From NCBI GenBank assembly GCA_000004985.1, contig GG738912.1: DNA of 64,000 nucleotides; one strand, given 5' to 3'. Shown piece by piece: positions 32,132 through 42,539 of this stretch (positions are counted from its first letter, which is position 1; every line of letters starts with the position of its first letter). Origin of the DNA: Naegleria gruberi. Its lineage: Eukaryota. Below the pieces are notes generated by a model. That model saw nothing but the letters and a program-made list of their open reading frames with translations, did not search any database and had not been told where the DNA came from. The translations under genes were made by a program, and so were the position numbers.

Positions 32132-34696
32132 TCAATGAATCATGGTCAACCATAAAAATACAATCATGATTGAAGCAAAACTCATTAAACCAGAAAAGTA
32201 ATTGTATGAGTGCATTCCCAACGAAACAATTGGCGAAACTGCACGATTTTGACACTTCTCTCCAGAGGTATTATTCAAGCAAAGGCAAACATTCTTATCA
32301 ATACAGATACCAATAGAAGAACACACCTCAGGGCTTGCTTGCATCACATCAAAACACGTAAAATTTTGACAATTATTTCCATAATATCCATCCAAACAAG
32401 TGCAATTATTGAAACTTGAACAAAATCCATGTCCAGAGCAAACTCTTGAATCATTCTTTGAGATTCCAAGGCAATCAAATGATTCACATTTTGAGCCGTA
32501 ATATCCCTTAGAACATGTACAATTGTTGTGGCTTGAGCATATTCCATGACTAGAACAAGTTGATGGATTTAAAGAACTCAATCCATAACATGAATATTGA
32601 CTGCAATCTGAACCTGAATATCCTATAAAGCAAGTACAATTGTTGAAACTGGAGCAAATACCATGTGCGGAGCAGACTGATTCAGCATTCTTGGAAATAT
32701 CAAAGCAATTGTAATGTTCACAAGTTGCTCCATAATAACCTTCGAGTTGACATGAGCAGTTATTGTAACTTGAACAAATTCCTCGAGCAGAGCAAACAGT
32801 TGGATCATTGGAGGACTTTCCAGAGCAATTAAATTGTTCACAATTAGCTCCATAATATCCATCCTGACACAGACATTGGTCAACTTGTAAACATTTTCCG
32901 TGTCCTGAGCAAACAGAAGGATTATCTTGAGGAGTTCCATAACAATTGAATAGTTGACAAGCAGCTCCATAGTAACCATTTGAGCAATTGCAAGTATTAT
33001 AATCAGTGCATAAACCATGGGATGAGCAAACAAGTGAGTCATTTGATTCAAGACCAAAACATTTGAATGATTGGCAAGATTGACCAAAATAACCAGTATT
33101 ACATGAGCAATTATTAAAAGTAACACATTTACCATGAGCAGAACAAACTGAAGGATCCATTGAATTCACACCAAAACAATCAAAGAATTCACAATTAGTT
33201 CCGTAATACCCAGTTGAGCAAGTGCAATTTTCAAGTGAAGAACAAACACCATTTCCAGAACAAACCGATGCATTTCTCCAATTCACTCCATTACAATTGA
33301 AATCTTCACAATTTTCTCCATAATATCCTTCATCAACATTACAAGAACATTGATTATGAGTGGTGCAATTTCCTCTTCCAGAACAAACACCAAAATCTTG
33401 GTTCGTCTTTCCAAAACATTGAACATGACACAATCCATCAATTAGAGCATGTGTTTCCTCACAAAAAGCAGTCAACTTTCTAATAGCATGGTTTCCAGCA
33501 TCTGAGATATAGATTTCACTCAAACTTCTCAATTGTCGTATGGCAAGGTTAACTGGATTATTCAATTGAGCATCAGTTGATAAACCACCATCTCCACTGA
33601 AGCCAACACTTGAAGTTCCTGCAATTGTGACAATGATTCCATTTGAAAAAACTTTTCTAATTCGATTGTTACCAGAATCGGCCAAAAACATTTCACCACT
33701 AGACGAAACAACAAGTCCTTTTGGAGAGGAAAGCTGTGCACTTGTTGCCTGACCACCATCTCCACCAAAACCACTTCCAGTTCCAATAACTGCATTGATA
33801 ATTCCTGAACTTTGTTTAATTCTTCTCACAACATTATATAAACTATCAACAAAGAATACATCGAGGTCTGAATTGACTGCAATTTGATAAGGAATTCCAA
33901 GCCATGCATTAATTCCCAAACCACCATCTCCCAAATATGAATTAGTCTGTCCTCTACCAGAAACATCATACAAGCCATTGGCATAAACCTTTCTGATCAT
34001 GTTATTTTCAGTGTCAGTAAATATCAACTCTCCATTTGGGCTTAAACATAGACCTCGAATGACATTGAACCATCCGAATGCATTACCATCTCCTGGAGAG
34101 GTATATCCTCTACCTCCATCTCCTACAAAAGGTCTAATATAACCAGTATTGAGATCGAGTCTTCTTACTACATTGTTAAAAGTATCGGCAATGTATAAAT
34201 CACTATTTGATGGGCTGAGTGAGAGACCTTGAGGGGAGAAGAATTGGCAGTTTACAGCTGGTCCGTTATCACCAGAATAACCTTGTGTTCTTGATCCAGC
34301 AATAGTTTGAATAGTTCCATTTAAATATACCTTTCGAATAATATTGTTGGTTGAATCTGAGAGGTAAACTTCGCCACTCTCTGAAACAGCAACACCCTGG
34401 GGAGAACTAAGCATTGTCTCAATGGCCAAACCACCATCACCATTATAACCTGCGCTACCTGTCCCAGCAATTGTTGAGATATTGTAACGTGGAGCCATTA
34501 TTTCACATTCAGAACCAAAATAACCAACATTACATGAACATGCGTTATTGGCTTGACATAATCCATTACCAGAGCAGACAGCTGGTTCTTGATCTGTTTT
34601 ACCAAAGCATGTGAAGGTTATGTTGGTAGCTTGCAAAAGCGTGGCCAAAAAGATCAACAATATGATTGTTGAGAGTAAAGAGTTGGCATTTGACAT
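32132..34696 (-). CDS. Type I membrane protein with NHL-repeat beta-propeller and about 12 tenascin/teneurin-type EGF repeats; about 855 aa
   Basis: The probable start is ATG 34696 (MSNANSLLSTIILLIFLATLLQA, a signal peptide). The track ORF extends further 5' to 34885. The NHL blades read YNGDGGLAIETMLSSPQGVAVSESGEVYLSDSTNNIIRKV. The reiterated EGF modules read CSGNGVCSSLENCTCSTGYYGTNCEFFDCFG, encoded by about 93-nt tandem units across 32300-33420. A C-terminal TM segment is FASIMIVFLWLTMIH. Confidence 0.7.
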   Translation of the reverse strand: MSNANSLLSTIILLIFLATLLQATNITFTCFGKTDQEPAVCSGNGLCQANNACSCNVGYFGSECEIMAPRYNISTIAGTGSAGYNGDGGLAIETMLSSPQGVAVSESGEVYLSDSTNNIIRKVYLNGTIQTIAGSRTQGYSGDNGPAVNCQFFSPQGLSLSPSNSDLYIADTFNNVVRRLDLNTGYIRPFVGDGGRGYTSPGDGNAFGWFNVIRGLCLSPNGELIFTDTENNMIRKVYANGLYDVSGRGQTNSYLGDGGLGINAWLGIPYQIAVNSDLDVFFVDSLYNVVRRIKQSSGIINAVIGTGSGFGGDGGQATSAQLSSPKGLVVSSSGEMFLADSGNNRIRKVFSNGIIVTIAGTSSVGFSGDGGLSTDAQLNNPVNLAIRQLRSLSEIYISDAGNHAIRKLTAFCEETHALIDGLCHVQCFGKTNQDFGVCSGRGNCTTHNQCSCNVDEGYYGENCEDFNCNGVNWRNASVCSGNGVCSSLENCTCSTGYYGTNCEFFDCFGVNSMDPSVCSAHGKCVTFNNCSCNTGYFGQSCQSFKCFGLESNDSLVCSSHGLCTDYNTCNCSNGYYGAACQLFNCYGTPQDNPSVCSGHGKCLQVDQCLCQDGYYGANCEQFNCSGKSSNDPTVCSARGICSSYNNCSCQLEGYYGATCEHYNCFDISKNAESVCSAHGICSSFNNCTCFIGYSGSDCSQYSCYGLSSLNPSTCSSHGICSSHNNCTCSKGYYGSKCESFDCLGISKNDSRVCSGHGFCSSFNNCTCLDGYYGNNCQNFTCFDVMQASPEVCSSIGICIDKNVCLCLNNTSGEKCQNRAVSPIVSLGMHSYNYFSGLMSFASIMIVFLWLTMIH

Positions 34697-35069
34697 TTTT
34701 AATTGATGTTTGTCCTGAATCTTTCCAGTGGAGCTTTTATAACATGGCCATGGATGAACCGTTGAAAGTGAAATTGGACACTTGCAAGTGTCGTTGGAGC
34801 TCAGAAATTGTCGTTTGATTAATGAAAAGTAATTTTTTGGATTGGCATTTCCATTTAATGAAAGCACTTGTTGGTTCATCTTCAACGTTTCATTTTCATG
34901 AAATTACAACGGAAAATCGTTCCATTGTATTCAACTCAATTGATTTTGTATTTTTTCTAATTTCCAAATATGGACTAATTTCTTTTAAGGAAAATATAAA
35001 ACAATACAGAGAAAAACGAGATCTGAAACTGGAGCGAAATGTTGATAGCATTCTATTGATTCATCTGAC

Positions 35070-37655
35070 TCATTCATTTTTCTTCAATATTGCTTCCATC
35101 AACTCATCACTGATTCCATCTTCCAGCTCATCTATTTCCTCTGCATGTCCCATTAAATTCAAAATATACTTAATTCCTGTATAAAACTCTTTCAATGGAA
35201 TTCTGAGAGGTGACTTGTTGATTGAGCAGCACAGTAATCTAGTAATGTAATTTCTCAATTTGATATCAATACTTCCATATAAATTTTCAATGATTTTGCT
35301 GATGAATTGATGAACTTTCTCCTCTTGGTTTAAAATCATCCAATCGAAAAAGGTTTTCTCCTCAACTTCCAAATCAGTATTTATGAGCATGAATAAATAT
35401 ATACATCCTAGAGAGTAGATATCAACTCTTTCATATAAATTATTATTGGAACGTGTTTTTTCGAATAGTTCAGGAGCTGCATATTCTCTTGTGCCTTGAA
35501 CTAGAGTAGTTCTTACAAGATCCAAATCAGCAATTTTACATTCGTCATGATCTGAGATTCGTGGCACCACTTTATCTTCGATTCTGTAGATTAAAATGTT
35601 TTGAGGTTTCAAATCTCTGTGAATTATTCCATTTTGATGTAAATAAATGCATCCCTTGAGAATATCTCTGAATAGCATTGTAATTTCCTTCAGGGATAGG
35701 TTTCTTTGTGACTCTATGTACTGTTTCAAATTTTGTTCAGCTAATTCCATAATTACAAAATAAAAATTATCCAATGATTGATAGACGACATCATATTCCA
35801 AATATCTAACCACATTGGGATGATCAAATTCTTTTGCTTTCTTGAAAGCTTCCATTAGCCTTGTTAAATCATTCATTATTGAACTCTCTCTGTATGTTTT
35901 CAAAGCAACAATACGACCTAGTTTTTTATCCATAACTTTGTCAACCACGCCTTTCCCACATCCTATGCCTCTTTCAAGGAATATAAATCTGTCTTTTTCG
36001 TTGATAATTTTCGTCAAACTACTTTGATAACTTATGAGTGTTGGTATATTATTGAGCTGTATAGTTTCATTCTTATTATTTAATGAAATATCTTGAATTT
36101 CACCTTTCAAGAATTGTAAAACATTCTCCAGAATTGTTTTATACAAATAGCAATTCAACCTTTTGGTTGTATCTCTTTGTATCATTGTAATTATACATCT
36201 ACTCAAGATATCAGTTACTCCAAAATTAGTATTAATTGTCTTGTTGAGTATTTTTCCAATTGCATAATGTAATTTCAATTCCCCATCATTTGTTGTCGAA
36301 ACAGAGGAGAAATATTTTCCAAAGGTAGTAAAATACATGTAATCATCATCATATTTAGATATATCTGAATCATTTAAAAATAGTTCATCTAACTGTAATG
36401 GACAGTTTGTAAATAATTTCAAAAGTATACATCCCAATGAGAACAAATGACCATTGTTAATTTGTTTTTGGTTATTACCATTCCTAGGAGCTTCAACTAA
36501 GCTTTCAGGTGGCATATATGGCACCTTTCTAACTGCCATTAATGGGTAACTATCTATCGCCTTTGCTGTGTTAAAGTTAATGATTTTGTAATAATCTTGA
36601 ACTTTTACAATATTTTTAGGATCCAAATCTCTGTGTAAAGTATAGTGTTCATTAATTGAACTGACAGACGTCAACACCTTGATAAATATCTCAATTATTT
36701 CTATTATTTTATCTTTTGAAATGAATCCATCTCTATAAAACCCTTCTTCATTATTTCTTGTAATATAATCTGATAATGATTGCTCTCCAAGTTCCATCAC
36801 TGAATACAAGTGACCACCAATTGTGTCACATTCAAAGTATTTAATCTTTCCTTCAATGTCTGTTTTCAATAATTTGATGAGCTCTCTTGTTGATTCTTCG
36901 TTTTTTTCAGCTTCGTATTTTAATTTTATGGCCCTCAATGTTTTCGATTTTTTGAGAAATACTTTGAAAACAGTTCCTTCGCCTTCATATCCTAATATTG
37001 ATATAAAATCATAATCACTCTTGAAATGGTTATAAAAAAGATTGAGGCATCTGAATATTCGTGAAAAATCACCAAAATAAATGTCATATTTTGAGAGTTT
37101 GTAATTGTCGAATGTATTCTCAGTCTCCAGCCAGATAGTTGCAAATATTAATATCTGATTGATTTCCTTTTTAGAATAAAATGATTTTTCAAACTTGTCT
37201 GAAATTCTTTCCACACTCCTTTTCAAATCTTTCAAAATGGTTGACTGTGAAGGATTTTCTTCAAGAAATTTATCCAATCTGAAACAAAATAAATAATAAT
37301 CACCTGTTTTTATGGTTGGCAACTCATCAATGGAGGGTTCTAAATTTTTCAACTGTTTCAAGATTTGGAAAATAATTAGTTTTTCAACAAATTCGGACGA
37401 ATAGGTTGGATTCGTAAAATTGAAAAAGGAGTTTCGTTTTGATTTTGGTTCAACATTGGGCAATATGACACAATTGTATAAATCTTTTTCATCACCAAAA
37501 TTTCGAGAATACTTGTCGAGAACATTTCTCGATAATTTTGTGTGAAGATTTTCAACAACTGATTCGTCAATGTCGAGAGAGAATGTTTCATCACGGATTT
37601 GTGTTTGTGGCTGAGCATGATCAAACCAAACCAGTGAAAGAAACTTGTCAAACAT
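35070..37655 (-). CDS. Tandem protein kinase-like protein of 861 aa. It has an N-terminal pseudokinase-like domain and a C-terminal Ser/Thr-kinase-like domain.
   Basis: Domain 1 has GYEGEGTVF, LRAIKLK and LHRDLDPKN (the catalytic Lys is replaced), and NFN stands in place of DFG. Domain 2 has GIGCGKG, RIVALKTY, IIHRDLKPQNILI, ADLDL (in place of DFG) and GTREYAAPE. Confidence 0.65.
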   Translation of the reverse strand: MFDKFLSLVWFDHAQPQTQIRDETFSLDIDESVVENLHTKLSRNVLDKYSRNFGDEKDLYNCVILPNVEPKSKRNSFFNFTNPTYSSEFVEKLIIFQILKQLKNLEPSIDELPTIKTGDYYLFCFRLDKFLEENPSQSTILKDLKRSVERISDKFEKSFYSKKEINQILIFATIWLETENTFDNYKLSKYDIYFGDFSRIFRCLNLFYNHFKSDYDFISILGYEGEGTVFKVFLKKSKTLRAIKLKYEAEKNEESTRELIKLLKTDIEGKIKYFECDTIGGHLYSVMELGEQSLSDYITRNNEEGFYRDGFISKDKIIEIIEIFIKVLTSVSSINEHYTLHRDLDPKNIVKVQDYYKIINFNTAKAIDSYPLMAVRKVPYMPPESLVEAPRNGNNQKQINNGHLFSLGCILLKLFTNCPLQLDELFLNDSDISKYDDDYMYFTTFGKYFSSVSTTNDGELKLHYAIGKILNKTINTNFGVTDILSRCIITMIQRDTTKRLNCYLYKTILENVLQFLKGEIQDISLNNKNETIQLNNIPTLISYQSSLTKIINEKDRFIFLERGIGCGKGVVDKVMDKKLGRIVALKTYRESSIMNDLTRLMEAFKKAKEFDHPNVVRYLEYDVVYQSLDNFYFVIMELAEQNLKQYIESQRNLSLKEITMLFRDILKGCIYLHQNGIIHRDLKPQNILIYRIEDKVVPRISDHDECKIADLDLVRTTLVQGTREYAAPELFEKTRSNNNLYERVDIYSLGCIYLFMLINTDLEVEEKTFFDWMILNQEEKVHQFISKIIENLYGSIDIKLRNYITRLLCCSINKSPLRIPLKEFYTGIKYILNLMGHAEEIDELEDGISDELMEAILKKNE

Positions 37656-37842
37656 TTTTTAACAACTGAAAATTTGCATGCACGACATGTGACTTTCATA
37701 AGAATATTCTCAAGAATTTCCAAAAAGTTTTTAGACGAAATATTTAGGATAGGTTTCCAGCGAGGCTTCTGGAGCCTTTCTCATTGAATAACAACTCAGA
37801 GAGCTCTCATTGTGTGTCTCAGTGATAGATTTTTTTTAAGAT

Positions 37843-37967
37843 GAAACGTGATATTGAGTTTAGTGCAATTTACAAAAAAGCGAAACGTGATCAGCTATCT
37901 TGCAATCTCTTCCAAACATCTGCGTGCGTTTTTAAATTTCATACGAAACGTGATATTGAGTTTAGTC
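37843..37967 (+). promoter_or_regulatory. Three copies of a CGAAACGTGA(TATTGAGTTTAGT) motif in a bidirectional promoter region
   Basis: The gaaacgtgat motif occurs at 37843, 37883 and 37946. The first and third copies each continue into a 24-nt stretch that is identical apart from its last base. The cluster sits between the kinase gene (minus, ATG 37655) and the gene starting at 38001. The same motif recurs upstream of the Hsp70-like gene at 62563-62626. Confidence 0.45.
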
Positions 37968-38000
37968 TAACTTTTTCATTCCATTTCAACCTAAAAAAAA

Positions 38001-38918
38001 ATGTTTGAACATAATGATCAAGACAGTGCTGTCACTCTTTCTCTCATCGATTTTCATTCATACATTTCCACCAATTTATTAGAAAAATTCAAAAAGAAAC
38101 TTTGCTCACCTCTTTCTCCCCTGATTGAATTTTCACAGAATTTTACAAAAATTTACAAACTTCCAGAGCCATATGTTTACAATGTGGCAATTTGTCAGGA
38201 GCTTAATTATTTAATTGTCGGCTCGTTTTCAACTATAAATTTTTATAATTTGGTGACTCATGAAGGATTATTTCAAATTCCATTTGATGATGGAATTTAT
38301 GACTTGGATTTGGAGAGGGAAAATTCAGGTCAATTTAATTTGATAGTTTCTAGTAGAAACAATGAGTTATTCAAGTTTAATTTTACTGAAATGATAAAGA
38401 CGAAGGAGTTAGGAGAGCCAATTTGGAAATCTGAAAAGAGATTTAACCAAATTTGGGGTCTAACACGTTTCAAAACTGAAATTTATGTAGTTGATCATAG
38501 AGAGAAAATGTTTGCTTTTGATTTAAAGACAGGAAAATTACGCCATGATATTCAAATCGATCTTTCTGAGAACTTGGTTGATTTGGTTTTCACTCCAGAA
38601 GAGGAAATGATTGTGTGTGGAATAGATCAGTTACACATTTTGAAATTCAATGAAAAATCTAAAGGATGGGAAAAGATTAAAACCTTGGATAACAAAGATC
38701 ATATCATTAACGATTGCTTCAGTGTATGTTATGAAAAAAAGACGAGATTGATCTATCTCACCGACATGTATGGTAAATTATTCATATTCGATAGACAATT
38801 CAACCTATTGAAGGAAGTGGAAGGTTTGTCATATCCATATGGTGTTGCAATTAATGATAAGAATGGAGAATTGTTCCTATGTAACACTGGAGCATGTGAA
38901 ATACTAGTTTACAAATAG
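38001..38918 (+). CDS. NHL-like repeat beta-propeller protein (305 aa)
   Basis: The C-terminal blades resemble NHL repeats (KLFIFDRQFNLLKEV, YPYGVAINDKNGELFLCNTGACEILVY). It starts at ATG 38001. Confidence 0.4.
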   Translation: MFEHNDQDSAVTLSLIDFHSYISTNLLEKFKKKLCSPLSPLIEFSQNFTKIYKLPEPYVYNVAICQELNYLIVGSFSTINFYNLVTHEGLFQIPFDDGIYDLDLERENSGQFNLIVSSRNNELFKFNFTEMIKTKELGEPIWKSEKRFNQIWGLTRFKTEIYVVDHREKMFAFDLKTGKLRHDIQIDLSENLVDLVFTPEEEMIVCGIDQLHILKFNEKSKGWEKIKTLDNKDHIINDCFSVCYEKKTRLIYLTDMYGKLFIFDRQFNLLKEVEGLSYPYGVAINDKNGELFLCNTGACEILVYK

Positions 38919-38994
38919 GTCAAATCATTTTTTTTACAATTTTATTGAATTTTTCAATAAATCTCAATAATTTCAATCGAATAGATGATTATCA

Positions 38995-39108
38995 ACATAT
39001 TGGAATGCAATCACATCCACTGATTTACAAATTGGATAACAAAATAGATTTATTGGAATGCAATCACATCCACTGATTTACAAATTGGATAACAAAATAG
39101 ATTTCAAA
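38995..39108 (+). repeat. Tandem duplication, 2 x about 57 nt (attggaatgcaatcacatccactgatttacaaattggataacaaaatagattt), in the PAQR promoter
   Basis: There are two near-identical adjacent copies, 30-140 nt upstream of ATG 39137. Confidence 0.7.
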
Positions 39109-39136
39109 ATTCTCAATTTTTAAAAATTAAAAAAAA

Positions 39137-40288
39137 ATGTCCAAACCATCGGAACAAAAATCATCATCTCCGACTATTGCCGCCACCACTGATGAAAGTA
39201 AACAATCACAGTGTGGATGTAGTGGTCATCATCACCATCAACATCATGAAAAACCACTCAAATTATTTTCCATGTATCCAGAGTTGGAAGAAGTGACCCC
39301 GAAGGATGTTAGTAAATCAGCACTTCATGCCATTTTGGTTGATGATAACAAATTCCTTTGGAGTGGATACAGAAAATTACCAGTTAGTGATTATTGGAGA
39401 TCTTTTCTTTCCGTTTTTACACTCCATAATGAAACTATTAATATTTGGAATCACTTTATACCATCATTGATTTATTGTGTTTTTGCTTTTTATATTAATC
39501 ATTATGTAACTGAGGCTAATCCGAATGCCAAGTTTTTGGATAGAGCAAGTTTTATCTTTTATTGTGTTACTGGTATTTTCACATTTGGATTCAGTGCAAT
39601 GTATCACACTTGGAGAATGAATAGTATTAATGATTATCATTTCTGTTTATTGTGTGATATTAGAGGTATTGTTGTACTTGTTTCAGGTGCCAATGCTTTG
39701 AGTATTACTTTGCAAATTAAGGATTATGAATATTGGCAATGGATTTACTCTACTGTTAATATTGTTTTGGTTGTCTTTTTCATCTTTTGGATTAGAAAGA
39801 TGGTTAGAGAGAGATTGACTAATCAAAGAACAATTTACTTTACCATTTACAGTCTCATTCCTTTATTTACCTTGGTTCATCGTTTCATTTTGCAATCATC
39901 CTCAGTGAATGATTTCTATAGTATGATCAAGTATTGTATCTTGCCAAGATCAACTCACGAATATTTTGGAATTTCTCATGCCCATGTTAATTTGAATATT
40001 AAGGATATCATGTGGCAAGATAATCACTCAACTAATTCTTATTTCCCTAATGGAGTTTTGGATGTTAATTATGAATTAGTTCAACTTTTCATTGTCAATT
40101 ATTTACTTTTAGGTCTTGGAATGTTCATCAGAGGTTACAAGGCACCAGAAAGATGGATTCCTTACAAATTTGATTTATTTGGAGCTAGTCATCAAATCTT
40201 CCATTTCATGTCAGTTTATGCCAGTTTTTTAGTAGTTCACGGATTTTACATTTTATATTCTCAAGGAGCTTTCCCAGATCGTTTGTAA
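39137..40288 (+). CDS. PAQR (progestin/adipoQ receptor, hemolysin-III family) 7-TM protein (383 aa)
   Basis: The family motifs are present: LHNETINIWNHF, SAMYHT and the C-terminal HQIFHFMSVYASF. There are multiple hydrophobic helices. The N-terminal Ser/His-rich cytosolic tail contains HHHHQHHEK. Confidence 0.75.
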   Translation: MSKPSEQKSSSPTIAATTDESKQSQCGCSGHHHHQHHEKPLKLFSMYPELEEVTPKDVSKSALHAILVDDNKFLWSGYRKLPVSDYWRSFLSVFTLHNETINIWNHFIPSLIYCVFAFYINHYVTEANPNAKFLDRASFIFYCVTGIFTFGFSAMYHTWRMNSINDYHFCLLCDIRGIVVLVSGANALSITLQIKDYEYWQWIYSTVNIVLVVFFIFWIRKMVRERLTNQRTIYFTIYSLIPLFTLVHRFILQSSSVNDFYSMIKYCILPRSTHEYFGISHAHVNLNIKDIMWQDNHSTNSYFPNGVLDVNYELVQLFIVNYLLLGLGMFIRGYKAPERWIPYKFDLFGASHQIFHFMSVYASFLVVHGFYILYSQGAFPDRL

Positions 40289-40625
40289 ACTATAAATTCC
40301 GTCTTCTTTTGTGTTGTAATGGATTCGAATATAATTTTCAATAATTCAATAAGCAAATTTCAGAACACAAATTTTTATCCAAACCGCAGTCATGTAAATA
40401 ACCTGGGAAGTGATACAAAAGTTTCATTCTGCTGTCTCGAGTCATTCCCCTTTTGCAATAGGGACATTTGAAAAGTGACGCATCATATTTCATCATTAAA
40501 AAAATTAAGCATTTGTTTCGTTTTTAAACCACCGGCGGTTGATTCATCTTCTACAAAATCAACAAACAACAAATACGCGTCCTTGTCGGTTGTGCTTTCA
40601 ATTTTTAAACGAAACTAAACTAAAG

Positions 40626-42101
40626 ATGAAGAGTCTGTTAGTTCTTCTCATGTTATTAGGAGTGGCTACTCTTCTAATGATGATCACTCCAGCAAGCCTT
40701 CAAAAAGAGCTTCCAATTACAATTCAATCATCAACAAAGGACAAGGTTATGGATGAATATTTAAAACAAATTACAGTCGAAACTATTGATTCAAATGATG
40801 ATTCAGGTAACAAGACAGTTAATTGTTGTAATGTTTGCCCAGTTCCAAAGATTATTATTATTCCAAAATATACAACAATCAAAGTTCCAATTAATATTCC
40901 ATATCCAGTATTGAAACCAATTCCACCACATCACGATGATGATGTTGTTGATAAATGTCCATCTGATTATCAATTCGTTCCACCAAACAAGTGTTCTAAA
41001 ACAATAATTATTGAAAAGAAGAAGAATTGTCCAATTGGATTTATTAGAATTGGTGAAACTGAATGTTTGAGATTGGTTATTATTCATAATAATATTCCAC
41101 CAATGAAAGTTGTTTGTCCACCTGGATATATTCCATTTGTAATTTCAAAGAATTCAGAGGAATATTTGAAATTGAAGGATTTACCAAAGGATTTACCTTC
41201 TAATGATTTCTTCTTTAAGAATGATACAAAGAATACTGTTTTAGGATGTAAGAAGAGTAAGAAAATTCATATTGATGAGGAAATTCCACATTGGACTTGT
41301 CCAAAGGGTTATTATTATCATTCTCCTTTCCATTGTGTTAAATCAGTTGAATGTCCAAAGAAGGGTGGTTGGATCAAGTTGACCGATGGTCGTTGCATTC
41401 GTACTTTATTCAAATGTCCACGTGGTTATAAGAAAGTTGGTAGACATGGGTTGACCTGTATCAAGATTAACATGAAATGTCCAAAGGGATACAGACAATC
41501 AAAGAAGAATCCACGTTTATGTTTAAAGACAAAGATCATTGTCAAGATTAAGTGTCCAAAGAAATCAATTTACAGTGAAGAAAAGAAGACCTGTATCTGG
41601 AAGAAATGTGCTACTGTCAGATGTAATGGAGCTTTGAAATGTCCAAAGGGTCAAATCTTGGCTCTCAAATCCAAGAAGGATTGTTGTCCATCATGCGTTC
41701 CATGTGCATGCTCTGCTGAATACCATCCAGTTTGTACCAAGGATGGTGTCACTGTTTTCAATTTGTGTTCTGCCAAATGTTTGGGATTGGAAGTTAAACA
41801 TGAAGGTGAATGTAAGATTACTGAAATTATCAAGATCACCAAGACATGCCCACCATGTGATCAATGTAAGAACGTTCCAAAGAAACCAGTTTGTGGTGTT
41901 GATGGTGTGACCTATCCAAACACTTGTGTTGCCAAGTGTGTCACTTCTGGTAAATTCGAAATGAAGAGAAAGGGCAAATGCAGTCCTGCTGATTGTGACG
42001 AAGCTGAATCCAATAAGACTGTCTCTGAATTCCTTCCATTCTTTGAACGTGTTTTAAAGTCTGAATTGATCAATGCCAAACAAAGAAAGCAAAAGAAATA
42101 A
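40626..42101 (+). CDS. Secreted cysteine-rich protein with two C-terminal Kazal-type inhibitor domains
   Basis: The ATG at 40626 gives MKSLLVLLMLLGVATLLMMITPASL (a signal peptide). CPKGY-type Cys modules follow. The Kazal units are CACSAEYHPVCTKDGVTVFNLCSAKCLGLEVKHEGEC and CKNVPKKPVCGVDGVTYPNTCVAKCVTSGKFEMKRKGKC. The track ORF starts earlier, at 40539. Confidence 0.7.
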   Translation: MKSLLVLLMLLGVATLLMMITPASLQKELPITIQSSTKDKVMDEYLKQITVETIDSNDDSGNKTVNCCNVCPVPKIIIIPKYTTIKVPINIPYPVLKPIPPHHDDDVVDKCPSDYQFVPPNKCSKTIIIEKKKNCPIGFIRIGETECLRLVIIHNNIPPMKVVCPPGYIPFVISKNSEEYLKLKDLPKDLPSNDFFFKNDTKNTVLGCKKSKKIHIDEEIPHWTCPKGYYYHSPFHCVKSVECPKKGGWIKLTDGRCIRTLFKCPRGYKKVGRHGLTCIKINMKCPKGYRQSKKNPRLCLKTKIIVKIKCPKKSIYSEEKKTCIWKKCATVRCNGALKCPKGQILALKSKKDCCPSCVPCACSAEYHPVCTKDGVTVFNLCSAKCLGLEVKHEGECKITEIIKITKTCPPCDQCKNVPKKPVCGVDGVTYPNTCVAKCVTSGKFEMKRKGKCSPADCDEAESNKTVSEFLPFFERVLKSELINAKQRKQKK

Positions 42102-42539
42102 ATTCTTCCTCAACTGTTTTGACCCCAATATTGAAAAGATCATAAAAATCTTCGCACCAATCACTTGACTATAAATTATAATGGCTCATATATGAAGTGA
42201 GTTTGAGGAATTTTAAATCTTAAAATCCCTTAACAAATTGTGATGAGCTCCACTACTATCAGTCTGAATTTATTTTACTATGTGCCATCCCGATCTCAAT
42301 TTTTGAATATTAATGTACTTATCGACTTTAAAAAAAATACTTTACGGAACAAGCGTATTCTTGTGGATTTGTTGTTGCGCGAACATGGAACATTAAGAAT
42401 TGTTTGCGATATGTTTGATCAGAAAAAACTGCCAATATTCCAGCTATCATTATTATCATCGTGATGGAGGTAAAACTTGCAGAAGGTTGGTATTTTCTCG
42501 AAGGGTTGTTTTCATAATAATAATAATTAATGAAATGAA

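Noticed and set aside
37376-37723. The ORF 37376..37723 (-), which overlaps the 5' end of the kinase gene
   Set aside because: It lies in an alternative frame within the kinase CDS/5' region. The kinase frame is far longer and motif-supported.
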